From Chloroflexota bacterium (GTDB taxonomy: Bacteria > Chloroflexota > Limnocylindria > Limnocylindrales > CSP1-4), in the NCBI GenBank assembly GCA_021802585.1, contig JAJZRQ010000001.1, positions 11,234 through 75,233 of the forward strand: a DNA stretch of 64,000 nucleotides, written 5' to 3'. Numbering within the stretch: the stretch's first letter is position 1; each line of letters begins with the position of its first letter. The notes under the pieces were generated by a model, which had not been told where the DNA came from, made no database searches, and worked only from the letters and a program-made list of their open reading frames with translations. Shown here piece after piece: positions 40,425 through 49,528 of this stretch. A program made the position numbers and the translations under genes.

Positions 40425-40468
40425 ATGTTCGACGCCGGGGCCGGGCCGGCCACAGCCAGGGGGACAGG

Positions 40469-41218
40469 ATGGAGATCGCGCCGGGCATCCGCCGGGTCGG
40501 CGCCCAGGGCCTCGTGAACGTCTACCTCGTCGAGGAGGCGGGCAGCGTGACGATCGTCGACGCCGGCCTGCCCGGACTCTGGAGGGAGCTGCCGGCCGAG
40601 CTGGCGGCGATGGGTCGCAGTCTCGATGACGTCCGGGCGCTGGTGCTCACCCACGCCCACTCCGACCATGTCGGTTTCGCCGAGCGGATCCGGCGCGAGC
40701 GAGCGGTGGCGGTCGCCGTCCACGCGGACGACGCCGCGCTCGCCCGCGGCGAGGAGAAGCAGGCGCGCGACGAGCACGGGCCGGGGTACCGCGGCTGGAG
40801 CCCCCTGGCCCTCACGCGGTTCTTCGCGTACGGGCTGACACGGGGGCTCACGACCGTCGTCCCGATCGCCGAGGTGGCCACGTTCCTCGACGGGGCGACG
40901 CTCGACGTGCCGGGCGCCCCGCGCGTCGTCCACGTGCCGGGCCACACGGCAGGGAGTGTTGCGTTCCATCTCCCCGCGCGGGACGCGGCGTTCGTCGGCG
41001 ACGCCTTCGTGACCCGCGATGTCGTCACGGGCCGGCATGGCCCCCGGTTCGCGACCGCGTTCAACGCCGACAACCGCCGCGCGGTCGCGTCGCTCGCGCG
41101 CCTCGACGGCATCGCGGCCCGGCATGTCCTCCCTGGCCACGGTGACCCGTGGTCGCACGGGATGACGGAAGCCGTCCAGCGGGTCCGCGACAGCATCCCG
41201 GCCGAGCTGCGTGCCTGA
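40469..41218 (+). CDS. MBL-fold metallo-hydrolase
   Basis: IVDAG, LTHAHSDHVG, PGHTAGS, FVGDA, LPGHG. Confidence 0.92.
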   Translation: MEIAPGIRRVGAQGLVNVYLVEEAGSVTIVDAGLPGLWRELPAELAAMGRSLDDVRALVLTHAHSDHVGFAERIRRERAVAVAVHADDAALARGEEKQARDEHGPGYRGWSPLALTRFFAYGLTRGLTTVVPIAEVATFLDGATLDVPGAPRVVHVPGHTAGSVAFHLPARDAAFVGDAFVTRDVVTGRHGPRFATAFNADNRRAVASLARLDGIAARHVLPGHGDPWSHGMTEAVQRVRDSIPAELRA

Positions 41219-41259
41219 GCGCCCGTGCGCCACCCCTGCCCGGCGCTCCGCCGCGCACG

Positions 41260-41508
41260 TCAGTCGTAGAGGCGCTCGAGGTGCCACGAACCGTCGACCC
41301 GGTCGAGGTAGACGAGGGCGAGCCAGCGGGCGCCGACGACCTTGAAGTAGTCGCGGGCGATCGGGCGACCCCACCAGGCCTCCTCGACCCGCCAGCGGGC
41401 GCAGACCTCGACCGGCTCGCGGCGTCCGGCCCAACCGATCGCGACGAGGCGACCGGCGGCGTCGACCTCGGCCTCGATCGGCGGGTGCTCGCGGAGGAGG
41501 CGCGTCAC
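41260..41508 (-). CDS. stand-alone ImuB C-terminal-like (DUF6504-like) protein
   Basis: WRVEEAWW...RDYFKV...LVYLDR...WHLERLYD; GTG overlaps imuB stop. Confidence 0.75.
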   Translation of the reverse strand: MTRLLREHPPIEAEVDAAGRLVAIGWAGRREPVEVCARWRVEEAWWGRPIARDYFKVVGARWLALVYLDRVDGSWHLERLYD

Positions 41509-42836
41509 GGCGCGGCCCCCCGCGACGCGGCACCGCGCGGGACGCCGCCGGCGGGCGAGCCGACCCCGTCGGTGGGGACCGGGTGCCAGGACCAGCGGGC
41601 CTCGGGGAGCGGTGCCTCCGGGTCGGCGAGGGCGACACGCCCGACGCTCCCCTCCCCGAACCGGACGGCGAGGCGGGCGAGCTGCCAGCCGAGGCGCGCC
41701 GCCGCGTTCGCCTGCGGCGCGAAGAGGGAGAGCTGATGACCGGTCGCCGGGACGACGTCGAGGAGCTCCAGCTCGAGGCGGACGACGGGCGCGGCCGGCG
41801 GCTCCCGCTCCAGGCGCGCGAGGAGGAGCCGCTCGATCGCCTCCGGGTCGGCGGTCGGCTCGGGGAAGCGCTGGGCGACGGCCGCGACCGGGAGGTCGGC
41901 GCCGGGGAGCGGCAGGCGTTCGGGAGAGAACGCCGGGTCGAGCGTCGCGACGAGGCGGGCCCTGCCGGCGGCCTCGCCCCGGGCGTCGAGCTGCGCCGCG
42001 AGGGCGGCGGCGAGGCGGCGGAGAACGAAGTGGAGGGCGCCGAGGTCGGCGATCGGCTCGTCGAGGGAGAGGCCAAGGGCGAGCCGCTCGGGGATGCGGC
42101 GCGGGCGGAACGGGTCGGTCTCGCGGCCGTTCGCCCGGGCGTGGAGCCGCTCGCCCTCCGCGACACCGAAGCGGGCGACGAGGGCCGAGCCCGGCAGGGC
42201 GGCGACGGACCCGATCGTCATGAGACCGAGCCGGGCGAGCCGGCCGCGGACCTCCGGGTCGCGGGAGAGGGCGGCCGCGGGGAAGGGGGCGAGGAACGCG
42301 GCGTCCTCCCCCGGCGGGACGAGGACGGCCGGGACGGCGGACGGGCCGGGGCCGGTCGCTGCGGCGAGCGCCGCCGCGAAGCGCGTCCCGGCGATCCCCG
42401 CCCGGGGCGTCCCCGGGAGGAGTGGGCCGAGAGCGGCCCGGACCTTCCCGACGAGGGCGGGCTCCGGACCCCAGAGCGCCCCGAGGCCGTCCACCTGGAC
42501 CTCGAGCGAGCCGAAGGCGCGGTCGGCGGGGTCGGTCGAGCCGCCGACCCCCGGGCTGAACGCGGCGAGGGCGTCGATGGCGGCCGCGACGGCCGCCGCG
42601 TCGGCGGCGGGGTCGGGCGGGAGGAAGGCGGCCTCGGGGGCGAGCCGGTGAGCCTGCCCGAGGGGGATCCCCCGGCGGACGCCGAGGGAGGCGGCCTCGG
42701 GGCTGGCGTCGAGGACGACGCCGTCATCCCACGGCCGCCCACCGAGGATGAGCGGCCCGGCGATCGGGATCGCGGGATCGCGCGCCCGCGCGAGCCGGAG
42801 GGCGAGATGAGGCCAGGCGAGGTGGAGGAGGCGCAT
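41505..42836 (-). CDS. imuB: ImuB, catalytically inactive Y-family polymerase
   Basis: VLDASPEAASLGVRRGIPLGQAHRLAP, FSPGV, LARLGLMTIG, QLSLF clamp-binding motif; no DE catalytic pair. Confidence 0.85.
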   Translation of the reverse strand: MRLLHLAWPHLALRLARARDPAIPIAGPLILGGRPWDDGVVLDASPEAASLGVRRGIPLGQAHRLAPEAAFLPPDPAADAAAVAAAIDALAAFSPGVGGSTDPADRAFGSLEVQVDGLGALWGPEPALVGKVRAALGPLLPGTPRAGIAGTRFAAALAAATGPGPSAVPAVLVPPGEDAAFLAPFPAAALSRDPEVRGRLARLGLMTIGSVAALPGSALVARFGVAEGERLHARANGRETDPFRPRRIPERLALGLSLDEPIADLGALHFVLRRLAAALAAQLDARGEAAGRARLVATLDPAFSPERLPLPGADLPVAAVAQRFPEPTADPEAIERLLLARLEREPPAAPVVRLELELLDVVPATGHQLSLFAPQANAAARLGWQLARLAVRFGEGSVGRVALADPEAPLPEARWSWHPVPTDGVGSPAGGVPRGAASRGAAP

Positions 42837-44001
42837 CGGTCGATCGGTCCGGGTCGTGCGGGCGGGTGGAGTGGACGGGCGGGGTTGCAGGACGAGCGGC
42901 GGGGCGGGAATCCGGCGGGGAGGGGCGGGAGTCCGGCGCGGCGACGGACCGGGAGACTCCCACTGCGACGGGCTCCTCCGCCAGGAGCTCGTCGCAGGCG
43001 AGGCAGCGGTCGCGCGGCCCACCCTCCGCGTAGAGGAGGCGGAGGACCGTCCGCCGATCCGGCGCCCCGTGGCGGTCCTTCGCGACGCGGACCTCGGTCC
43101 GCTGCCCGACGACCTCCCGCCCGAGACGGATCCAGCCGGTCCGCCGCAGCTCGAGCCGGAGGCCCGCGCCCTCCTCGAGGATCGACCGGAGCGAGGTGGC
43201 GCCGGCCGGCTCGAGGACGAGGAGGAGCGTCCCGGCCCGCCGGGCGAAGGCGACGAGGCGGGCCAGCTGGTCGGCGGGCCGCGGTGAACGGGACGCTCCG
43301 CGAACGCGCGGGAGCACGGCCCCCGGGCCACCCTGCTTGGTCGTCCGCACCGCGCCGGATGCCCCGGCCCCCGCCCCGGCCGCCGCGAGGTCGAGGACGA
43401 GGACGTCGACCGCCCGCGCCTGGAGGAGCGTCCCCGCCATCGCGAGCGCCTCGCCGGCCGAGGCCGGCACGAGGACCGTGAGCCACTCCAGGCCGACACC
43501 CCGGGCGGCCGCCTCGACGGGGTCGAGGCTTCGCGGGAGGTCCACCCAGGCGACGAGCGCGCCGGCGGCCTGGGCCTCCGCGACGGTCCGCAGGGCGAGG
43601 GTCGTGGCTCCGCTCGAGCCGGCGCCCAGGAGCGCGACGGTCCCGGCCCGGGGCAGGCCGCCGGCGGCGAGCAGCGCGTCGAGCTCGGGGAAGCCGGTGG
43701 AGCGCGACCGGCCCGCGTCGTGCGTCGCGGCGCGTGCCGGCTCCCCGGGGAGCGGCCGCGCCCCGGGCACCGGCACGGCGCCGCCCGGCAGCGGGACGAG
43801 CACCGGGTGGCCCCGACCGGGCGCGGCCCCGGGGAGCGGTCCCGGCCGGCCGTCGGGGAGCGCGGGGACCGCCCCGGCCTCCGCCGGGAGCGGGGCGGCC
43901 GCGAGCGCTCCGAAGACCTCCGTCGCGGGCCGTGGCGCGGCCGACCCCCAGCGGGCCCGGAGGCTCGCGAGGAGGGCGGCACGGTCGGCGCGGCGGTCCA
44001 T
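42724..44001 (-). CDS. imuA: ImuA/RecA-like inactive ATPase
   Basis: STGFPELDALLAAGGLPR, degenerate P-loop GAGSSGATT, VAWVD, LDPVEAAARGV; C-terminal tail overlaps imuB. Confidence 0.8.
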   Translation of the reverse strand: MDRRADRAALLASLRARWGSAAPRPATEVFGALAAAPLPAEAGAVPALPDGRPGPLPGAAPGRGHPVLVPLPGGAVPVPGARPLPGEPARAATHDAGRSRSTGFPELDALLAAGGLPRAGTVALLGAGSSGATTLALRTVAEAQAAGALVAWVDLPRSLDPVEAAARGVGLEWLTVLVPASAGEALAMAGTLLQARAVDVLVLDLAAAGAGAGASGAVRTTKQGGPGAVLPRVRGASRSPRPADQLARLVAFARRAGTLLLVLEPAGATSLRSILEEGAGLRLELRRTGWIRLGREVVGQRTEVRVAKDRHGAPDRRTVLRLLYAEGGPRDRCLACDELLAEEPVAVGVSRSVAAPDSRPSPPDSRPAARPATPPVHSTRPHDPDRSTDAPPPPRLASSRPPARAGARSRDPDRRAAHPRWAAVG

Positions 44002-44011
44002 CGGATGCCCG

Positions 44012-44030
44012 ATGATAGAACATCCGTTCG
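44012..44030 (-). promoter_or_regulatory. LexA (SOS) box abutting the imuA -10
   Basis: Minus CGAAC-GGAT-GTTC followed directly by TATCAT. Confidence 0.85.
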
Positions 44031-44095
44031 ATGATGGGAAGGGCCGTCCAGCCCCGGAGCACCCGGCGCCGCACCTGGATCGCCCGCCCGCTCCC

Positions 44096-44983
44096 CTACC
44101 CGAGCGCGATGAGGAAGACGCTCGCCGCGACGAGGCCGAGGCCGAGCCACTGGACCGGCCGCGGGCGCTCCGCGAAGAGGATGACGCCGGCACCGACCGC
44201 GATCACCGGGCCGAACGAGCTCGTGAGGCCGATGAGCCACGTGGGGGCAATCTCGAGGCCGATCGCGAACGCGATGAAGCCGCCGATGTCGAGGAGCCCG
44301 GCAAGGGCGACGAGCGCGACCGTCCGGCCGTCGACCCGTCGCCCGGCCGCCGCCGGCTCGACCGGGCGCCGCGCCCGCGAGACCCCGAGGATGACGCTCA
44401 CGGTGCTCGCGTTCGCCACCCGGGCGAAGAGGAGGACCGGCAGCCAGCCCGCGGAGCGGATCGGGCCGGCGAGGGCCACCGTCAGGACCGCGAACGCGAC
44501 GAGGGCGGCGAAGGCGTAGGCGACGCCCGGCCCGACCGGCCGAGCGCTCCGGAGGCCCGCCTCGAACGCGATCGCGGCGAGGACGATCCCGGCGGTCGCG
44601 ACCCCGACGCCGAACGCCTGGAGCGGGTCGAGCGACTCGCCGAGGAGGAGGACGGAGAGCGCGACGGTGAGCCCGCCATACGTCGAGACGACCGGGCTCA
44701 CGACGGTGATCGGGCCGTGGCGGAGGGCGGTGTAGAAGGCGAGGTAGGCGACCGCCGACACCGTGCCGCAGGCGAGCGCCGTGAGGACGACGTCGGGCGC
44801 CGGCGGGAGCCGGGTCCCCGTGGCGACGACGAGGACGACGAGGACGACGACCGAGACGAGCTGCGTGCCGGCGGTCGCCCGCAGGCTCCCGACGCGCCGG
44901 CTCGCCACGGTCGCAGCGGTGTCGGTGACGCCCCACGCGAGGGCGGCGGTGAGGCCGAGGAGGAGGCCCGGGAGGTCGTGCAC
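44096..44983 (-). CDS. EamA/DMT family transporter
   Basis: ALAWG, FYTALRHGPITVVSPV, LLGESL, FAERP; about 10 TM helices. Confidence 0.85.
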   Translation of the reverse strand: MHDLPGLLLGLTAALAWGVTDTAATVASRRVGSLRATAGTQLVSVVVLVVLVVATGTRLPPAPDVVLTALACGTVSAVAYLAFYTALRHGPITVVSPVVSTYGGLTVALSVLLLGESLDPLQAFGVGVATAGIVLAAIAFEAGLRSARPVGPGVAYAFAALVAFAVLTVALAGPIRSAGWLPVLLFARVANASTVSVILGVSRARRPVEPAAAGRRVDGRTVALVALAGLLDIGGFIAFAIGLEIAPTWLIGLTSSFGPVIAVGAGVILFAERPRPVQWLGLGLVAASVFLIALG

Positions 44984-45161
44984 CCGTGGAGCGTACGGGG
45001 CGCCGGCGCGCGCCGTCGGCCGGGCTCGCCTCCCGCGACGAGCACGGATCGGGGGAGGTCCACCCGGGTCCGCGGCGGCCAGTCGGCGCTCCCGGGACGG
45101 CTGCGGGCCCGTGCTACACTTCCGGCCGGCGATCTCGCCCCGGCGCGGGTCGTCTGCGCGT

Positions 45162-45237
45162 GGGGATGTAGCTCAGCTGGGAGAGCACCGCGTTCGCATC
45201 GCGGGGGTCAGGGGTTCGAGTCCCCTCATCTCCACCA
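45162..45237 (+). tRNA. tRNA-Ala(CGC)
   Basis: Cloverleaf GGGGATG...CATCTCCACCA, G3-U70 pair, anticodon arm CCGCG-TT-CGC-AT-CGCGG, GGTTCGAGTCC. Confidence 0.97.
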
Positions 45238-45683
45238 AACCCCCTCCGTGCTCAGGTTTCCGGCCTCCGGCCGGTCAACGGCACCTGCCGGGACAGCTGT
45301 GGCTCCGAAACCGGAGCTCTATCCCCTCGCTCCGCCCAGCGCCTCATTCATGCGCGCCGCGGTGTTGCCGGCCTTTCTGGATCGCCACCCGCGGCTGCGC
45401 ATCGACAGCTGCGTCCTGTTGACCGACCGGGATCCGGGTCCTGCAGCCCCCGGATTGACGAGGGTGGTGACCGACGAGACACGCTCCTCGAGGCTCAGGC
45501 CTTGAGCCGGCTGAGGATCCGGGAAGCCTCGGCCGGCGCGCGACCCTCGCGCAGGAGCTGCGACATGAGGCGCATCGGTCGATCGATGTGGCGGAAGCCT
45601 CGCCCGGGAGGCAGGACTCGGCTCGATCAGCAGGACCGCGGTGAGCGGCGCCTGCCGGGAGCTGCGCGACCCTGGTGGCCCGG

Positions 45684-46250
45684 TTACTCAAGCACCACGA
45701 GATCGGTCGACACCGGCACCGCGTTGGCGAGGATGTCGCGGACCGGTGACGTGTCCTGGACGTACTGGCACAGCTCCTCGAGCTGCTCCTTGCTTGCGTT
45801 CGACGAGCGCACCCAGCCGGTCGCCCGAATGGCCGAGAAGCCAGCCCGCGGGCCGCCGAGCCCGAGGAAGCGGCGCAGGTCCAGATCTCCCTCGACCTGG
45901 TAGCGCAGTTCCTCGACCTCGAGGCCCTTTGCGGAAGCGTTGTAGATGAAGCCGACGCCGTAGCAGAAGGCCAGCGCCTGGAGGCAGAGCTCGACCGCGT
46001 TAGGACCGGCGTTCGTCCCGAGCAGGATGGGTGGCTCATCGCCGATCAGCTCGAACGGCACCGACCGCTCGGTCGAGCTCGCGCCGGCATGCTCGAACTC
46101 CCCGATGGTGCCGCGGTTCCGACCGCCCGTCTCCCAGCTGCTCCGTGCCCGGAATGTGAACTGTGCGACCGCCGGGTCGCTGTGGACGGCGCCGACCGTG
46201 GCCACCAGCCGGTCGACATCGACCCCGTTGCGCACCGTGACTGTGGACAC
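45684..46250 (-). CDS. OsmC/Ohr-like family protein
   Basis: NGVDVDRL, DEPPILLGTNAGPNAVE, ALAFC, EGDLDLRRFLGL, TSPVRD; GGGAGG SD. Confidence 0.85.
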   Translation of the reverse strand: MSTVTVRNGVDVDRLVATVGAVHSDPAVAQFTFRARSSWETGGRNRGTIGEFEHAGASSTERSVPFELIGDEPPILLGTNAGPNAVELCLQALAFCYGVGFIYNASAKGLEVEELRYQVEGDLDLRRFLGLGGPRAGFSAIRATGWVRSSNASKEQLEELCQYVQDTSPVRDILANAVPVSTDLVVLE

Positions 46251-46446
46251 TGCTGACCTCCCTGCCGGGATCACCGGCGTGCGTGGCGGTACTGAGCGCG
46301 GATGCCGGGTGCCGGAGCGGCGACTCGGCTTGCCGCACCTGGAGGCTAGGAGGCGGACCATGGCCGACGCTTCCGGGGCACCACCCAACGGGCGTGCCGC
46401 ACCAGGGCGTCGCCTGGCGGGATCCACCCACCCCATCGTGGCGCGA

Positions 46447-47532
46447 TCAAGGACGGCGGTCGCGACCTCGGAGCTCGACCTCGCGCGCGGCGGCAGCGGC
46501 TCGAGCGGACTTCCCGCTGAGATCGAACTTCACGTAGACGTTCGACAGATGACGCTCGATGGTACGCACACTGAGTCCGAACCGAGCGGCGATTTCCTGG
46601 TTCGAGAGACCCTGGCCGACCAGGCGCAGCACCTGGTTCTCGCGCGCGCTCAACGGCTGCCCGTTGGGCGGCTCGTCGATGGCCTCCGTTCCGATGAAAC
46701 GCTCGAGCTGCCCGAGGAACTCAGGCCAGGCCTCGTCTCGCGGCTGGAGGATGTGATTCCTGCCGTGAAGCTGAACGAAGCGTACGTCGGGGATGGCGGC
46801 CGCGACGTGGCGCCCGCGGCTGAACGAGATGACCTGGTCGTTGTCGAGGTGCATCACGAGGGTAGGCACCATGACCTCCTGAGCAACCTGCGTAACGTCG
46901 AGCTGGCCAAACGCCAGCTCGAAGCGAACGGCGTTGTCCGGGGAGGTGGTGCGGCGCATGAGCTCGTCATACGCCTGGAGCAGCGCGTCGTCGCCGTCCG
47001 GGACGAAGTCTGCCGTGAATAGCCGCCGGAACGTGGGGTTGTCGCGTCCCCAGCCGATCCGCATGAGGGTCATCAATGCGTCCCGTTCCTGCCGCTCAAG
47101 GTCGGTCATCGGTCGCAATGCCCAGCCCAGCAGGTACCCGCCGTGGATGATGAGGTGGCTGACCCGCTCTGGATGGCGCACAGCGTATCTGATGGCCACC
47201 GGCGCGCCCTGCGACATGCCGAGGAGGGCGAAGCGTTCGTAGCCGGCCGCGTCGACAACGGTCTCGAGGTCGTCGACCCAGGCGTCAAGCGAGAAGTCAT
47301 CGACGTCCCAGTCCGACAGCCCGCAGCCGCGCTCGTCGTAGCGGAGCATCCGGAATCGGCGGCCGAGCTCCGTCAGCCACGGGTGCCAGACGGGGCTCTC
47401 CCAGTCGTACTGGAGGTGAGTCAGCCAGTGCGCGGCCCGCACGAGAGGGTACCCCGAACCGTGCGTCGCGTAGGCGAGGCGCGTGCCGTCGGGCGCCCGC
47501 GTGAAGCTGATCCGCTGCTCATGATGGGGCAT
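46447..47532 (-). CDS. alpha/beta-hydrolase fold fused to LuxR HTH (one-component regulator)
   Basis: RYDERGCGLSD, LLGMSQG, GRNH; LSARENQVL...SNQEIA...SVRTIERHLSNVYVK. Confidence 0.9.
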   Translation of the reverse strand: MPHHEQRISFTRAPDGTRLAYATHGSGYPLVRAAHWLTHLQYDWESPVWHPWLTELGRRFRMLRYDERGCGLSDWDVDDFSLDAWVDDLETVVDAAGYERFALLGMSQGAPVAIRYAVRHPERVSHLIIHGGYLLGWALRPMTDLERQERDALMTLMRIGWGRDNPTFRRLFTADFVPDGDDALLQAYDELMRRTTSPDNAVRFELAFGQLDVTQVAQEVMVPTLVMHLDNDQVISFSRGRHVAAAIPDVRFVQLHGRNHILQPRDEAWPEFLGQLERFIGTEAIDEPPNGQPLSARENQVLRLVGQGLSNQEIAARFGLSVRTIERHLSNVYVKFDLSGKSARAAAAAREVELRGRDRRP

Positions 47533-47883
47533 GGATGGTCAGATCGGTCCGAGGCTGGTCTACCCGGATGATAGGTCGTCGCTGGGCAGCGATGGTACCT
47601 GACGGCGGAGGGCCTCAGGCCGCACGAGCAAGCCATCGATCCGCGCCGAGGAGCGTGCAGTTGAGCCTTCTCGAACAGACGCCAGGGTCGGTGAGGGCGA
47701 GTCCCCTCATCTCCACCAACTTCCCTGCTGCGTGCTCAGACCGGGCTGCCAAGATGTCCAGGACAGCTACCGGGACAGCGATGGCACGGGCGCGGCCGCA
47801 GACGACAGGTCCGAGTTGCAGGGAGTACCCGAGAGCCCACCCGAAGTTGCCCAGGCCCGGGAGCGGCCGGCGCTCGTCGTCCG

Positions 47884-48801
47884 TCAGTAGCTCGCTTCGG
47901 CCGGCTCCGGTTCTCGCGCTGCCTCGGCGTCCGCCTTCGGCCACGGCAGGAGCCCGACGACGAGTGAGCAGCCGAAGATGATCACCGCCCCGCCGATGAT
48001 CTGCGGGGGCGAGAGGCGCTCGCCCAGGAGCACCGCGGCGACGACGACCGCGACGACCGGGACGACGAACTCGACGCTGATCGCGAGCGTCGCCCCCACC
48101 TCCGCCACGAGGCGGAAGTAGAGGACGTACGCGAGGGCGCTGCACACCCCGGCGAGAAGGACGAGGTAGCCGACGTCGATCGGCCGGGGCTCGGTCGGGA
48201 CGGGCACGACGAGCACGAGCGGCAGCGTCATGAGTCCGCCGGCGAGGAAGGCGCCGATCGTCTGCTCCCACGAGCCGACGGCCTGGAGGTGGCGCCGCGC
48301 CCAGTTGCTGCCGAGCGCCGCCGAGAACGAACCGAACAGCGAGCTCGCACAGCCGAGGACGAACTCGGGGGTCACCGGGACGGTCGGGAAGCCGACGAGG
48401 AGCACGATCCCGCCGAACCCGAGGACGAGCCCGAGCCGCGCGGTCGTCGTGACACGCTCGATCCGCCAGAGCTGGCCGATGACGAGCGAGAACAGCGGGA
48501 TCGTCGCGACGAGGATCGCGGCCATCGCCGTCCCGATCCGCGGCGTGGCGTACGAGAGGCCGATGAGCTGGCCGGCCACGGTCGTCGCGCCGACGACGGC
48601 GATCGGGGCCCACGCGTCGGCGAACGCCAGCCGCCGCCGCATCGCGGCCGCGACGACCACCAGGATTGCGCTCGCGGCGAGCGCCCGGAACGTGACCGCG
48701 CCAACCCACCCGAACGCCTCGACCACGCGGAGCACCAGGATGAACGACGACCCCCAGATGAGGGCCATCGCGACGTAGTCAAGGACCTGGCGCCGTCCCA
48801 C
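47884..48801 (-). CDS. EamA/DMT family transporter
   Basis: ALIWGSSF, ATIPLF, AYVLYFRLV, LLGERL. Confidence 0.88.
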   Translation of the reverse strand: MGRRQVLDYVAMALIWGSSFILVLRVVEAFGWVGAVTFRALAASAILVVVAAAMRRRLAFADAWAPIAVVGATTVAGQLIGLSYATPRIGTAMAAILVATIPLFSLVIGQLWRIERVTTTARLGLVLGFGGIVLLVGFPTVPVTPEFVLGCASSLFGSFSAALGSNWARRHLQAVGSWEQTIGAFLAGGLMTLPLVLVVPVPTEPRPIDVGYLVLLAGVCSALAYVLYFRLVAEVGATLAISVEFVVPVVAVVVAAVLLGERLSPPQIIGGAVIIFGCSLVVGLLPWPKADAEAAREPEPAEASY

Positions 48802-48944
48802 AGGGCTGATGGTAGGTGGCGACAGAGGATCCGCGCGCCCCCCCCCGCGGCGCGACCCGCCCCCGCGGCGCCCGTGGCGCCCGCACGTGACCGCGATCGT
48901 CCCCCGACCGATGCGCGTCGCCCGGCTGGCGCACAATCGCGGCG

Positions 48945-49445
48945 ATGCGGATCCTCATCGCCCACGCCACGAAGCACGGCTCGACGGCCGAGATCGCCGC
49001 GGCGATCGGGGCGACGCTGCGGGAGGCGGGCCTCGAGGTCGACGTCCGAACCGCCCGCGACGTCCGGACGCTCGCCGGGTACAACGCCGTCGTGCTCGGG
49101 AGCGGCCTCTACTCCGCCCACTGGCTGCGCGAGGCGAACCGCTTCGTGAAGCGCCTCCTGCCGGCGCTCCGCGAGGTCCCGGTCTGGCTGTTCAGCAGCG
49201 GTCCCCTCGACCACTCGACCGACTTCGCCGACATCCCGCTCACGGAGCATGTCGCGCCCGACGTCGCGCCGATCGGGGCGCGCGGCCACCGGACGTTCGG
49301 TGGGCGCCTCCTCCCGGGGACCCCCGGCGTCGACGACGCGCTCCTTGCGACGCACCGCGTCGGCGACTTCCGGAGCTGGGACCGCATCCGCGCCTGGGCC
49401 CGCGAGATCGCGTCCGTGCTCCTCGCGGAGAGCCAGGCCGGCTGA
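48945..49445 (+). CDS. flavodoxin-domain protein (HemG-like)
   Basis: HATKHGSTAEIA, VVLGSGLY, WLFSSGP, FGGRL, GDFRSWDRIRAWA. Confidence 0.85.
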   Translation: MRILIAHATKHGSTAEIAAAIGATLREAGLEVDVRTARDVRTLAGYNAVVLGSGLYSAHWLREANRFVKRLLPALREVPVWLFSSGPLDHSTDFADIPLTEHVAPDVAPIGARGHRTFGGRLLPGTPGVDDALLATHRVGDFRSWDRIRAWAREIASVLLAESQAG

Positions 49446-49528
49446 CAGGGCCGGTCCCGCGGGCCGATCGGCCGGCCCGGCTCGCGCCGTCGGGCACCTG
49501 CACCGTGGCGCCGGCCGGCCCGGCGGGC

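Larger units (their letters stand above)
45217..47719. mobile_element. integrase-less islet bounded by a 22-bp direct repeat of the tRNA-Ala 3' end
   Basis: CGAGTCCCCTCATCTCCACCAA at 45217-45238 and 47698-47719; visibly more A/T inside. Confidence 0.8.

Noticed and set aside
47690..47720. Third tRNA gene
   Set aside because: Only the 3' 22 nt match; upstream sequence does not form a cloverleaf.
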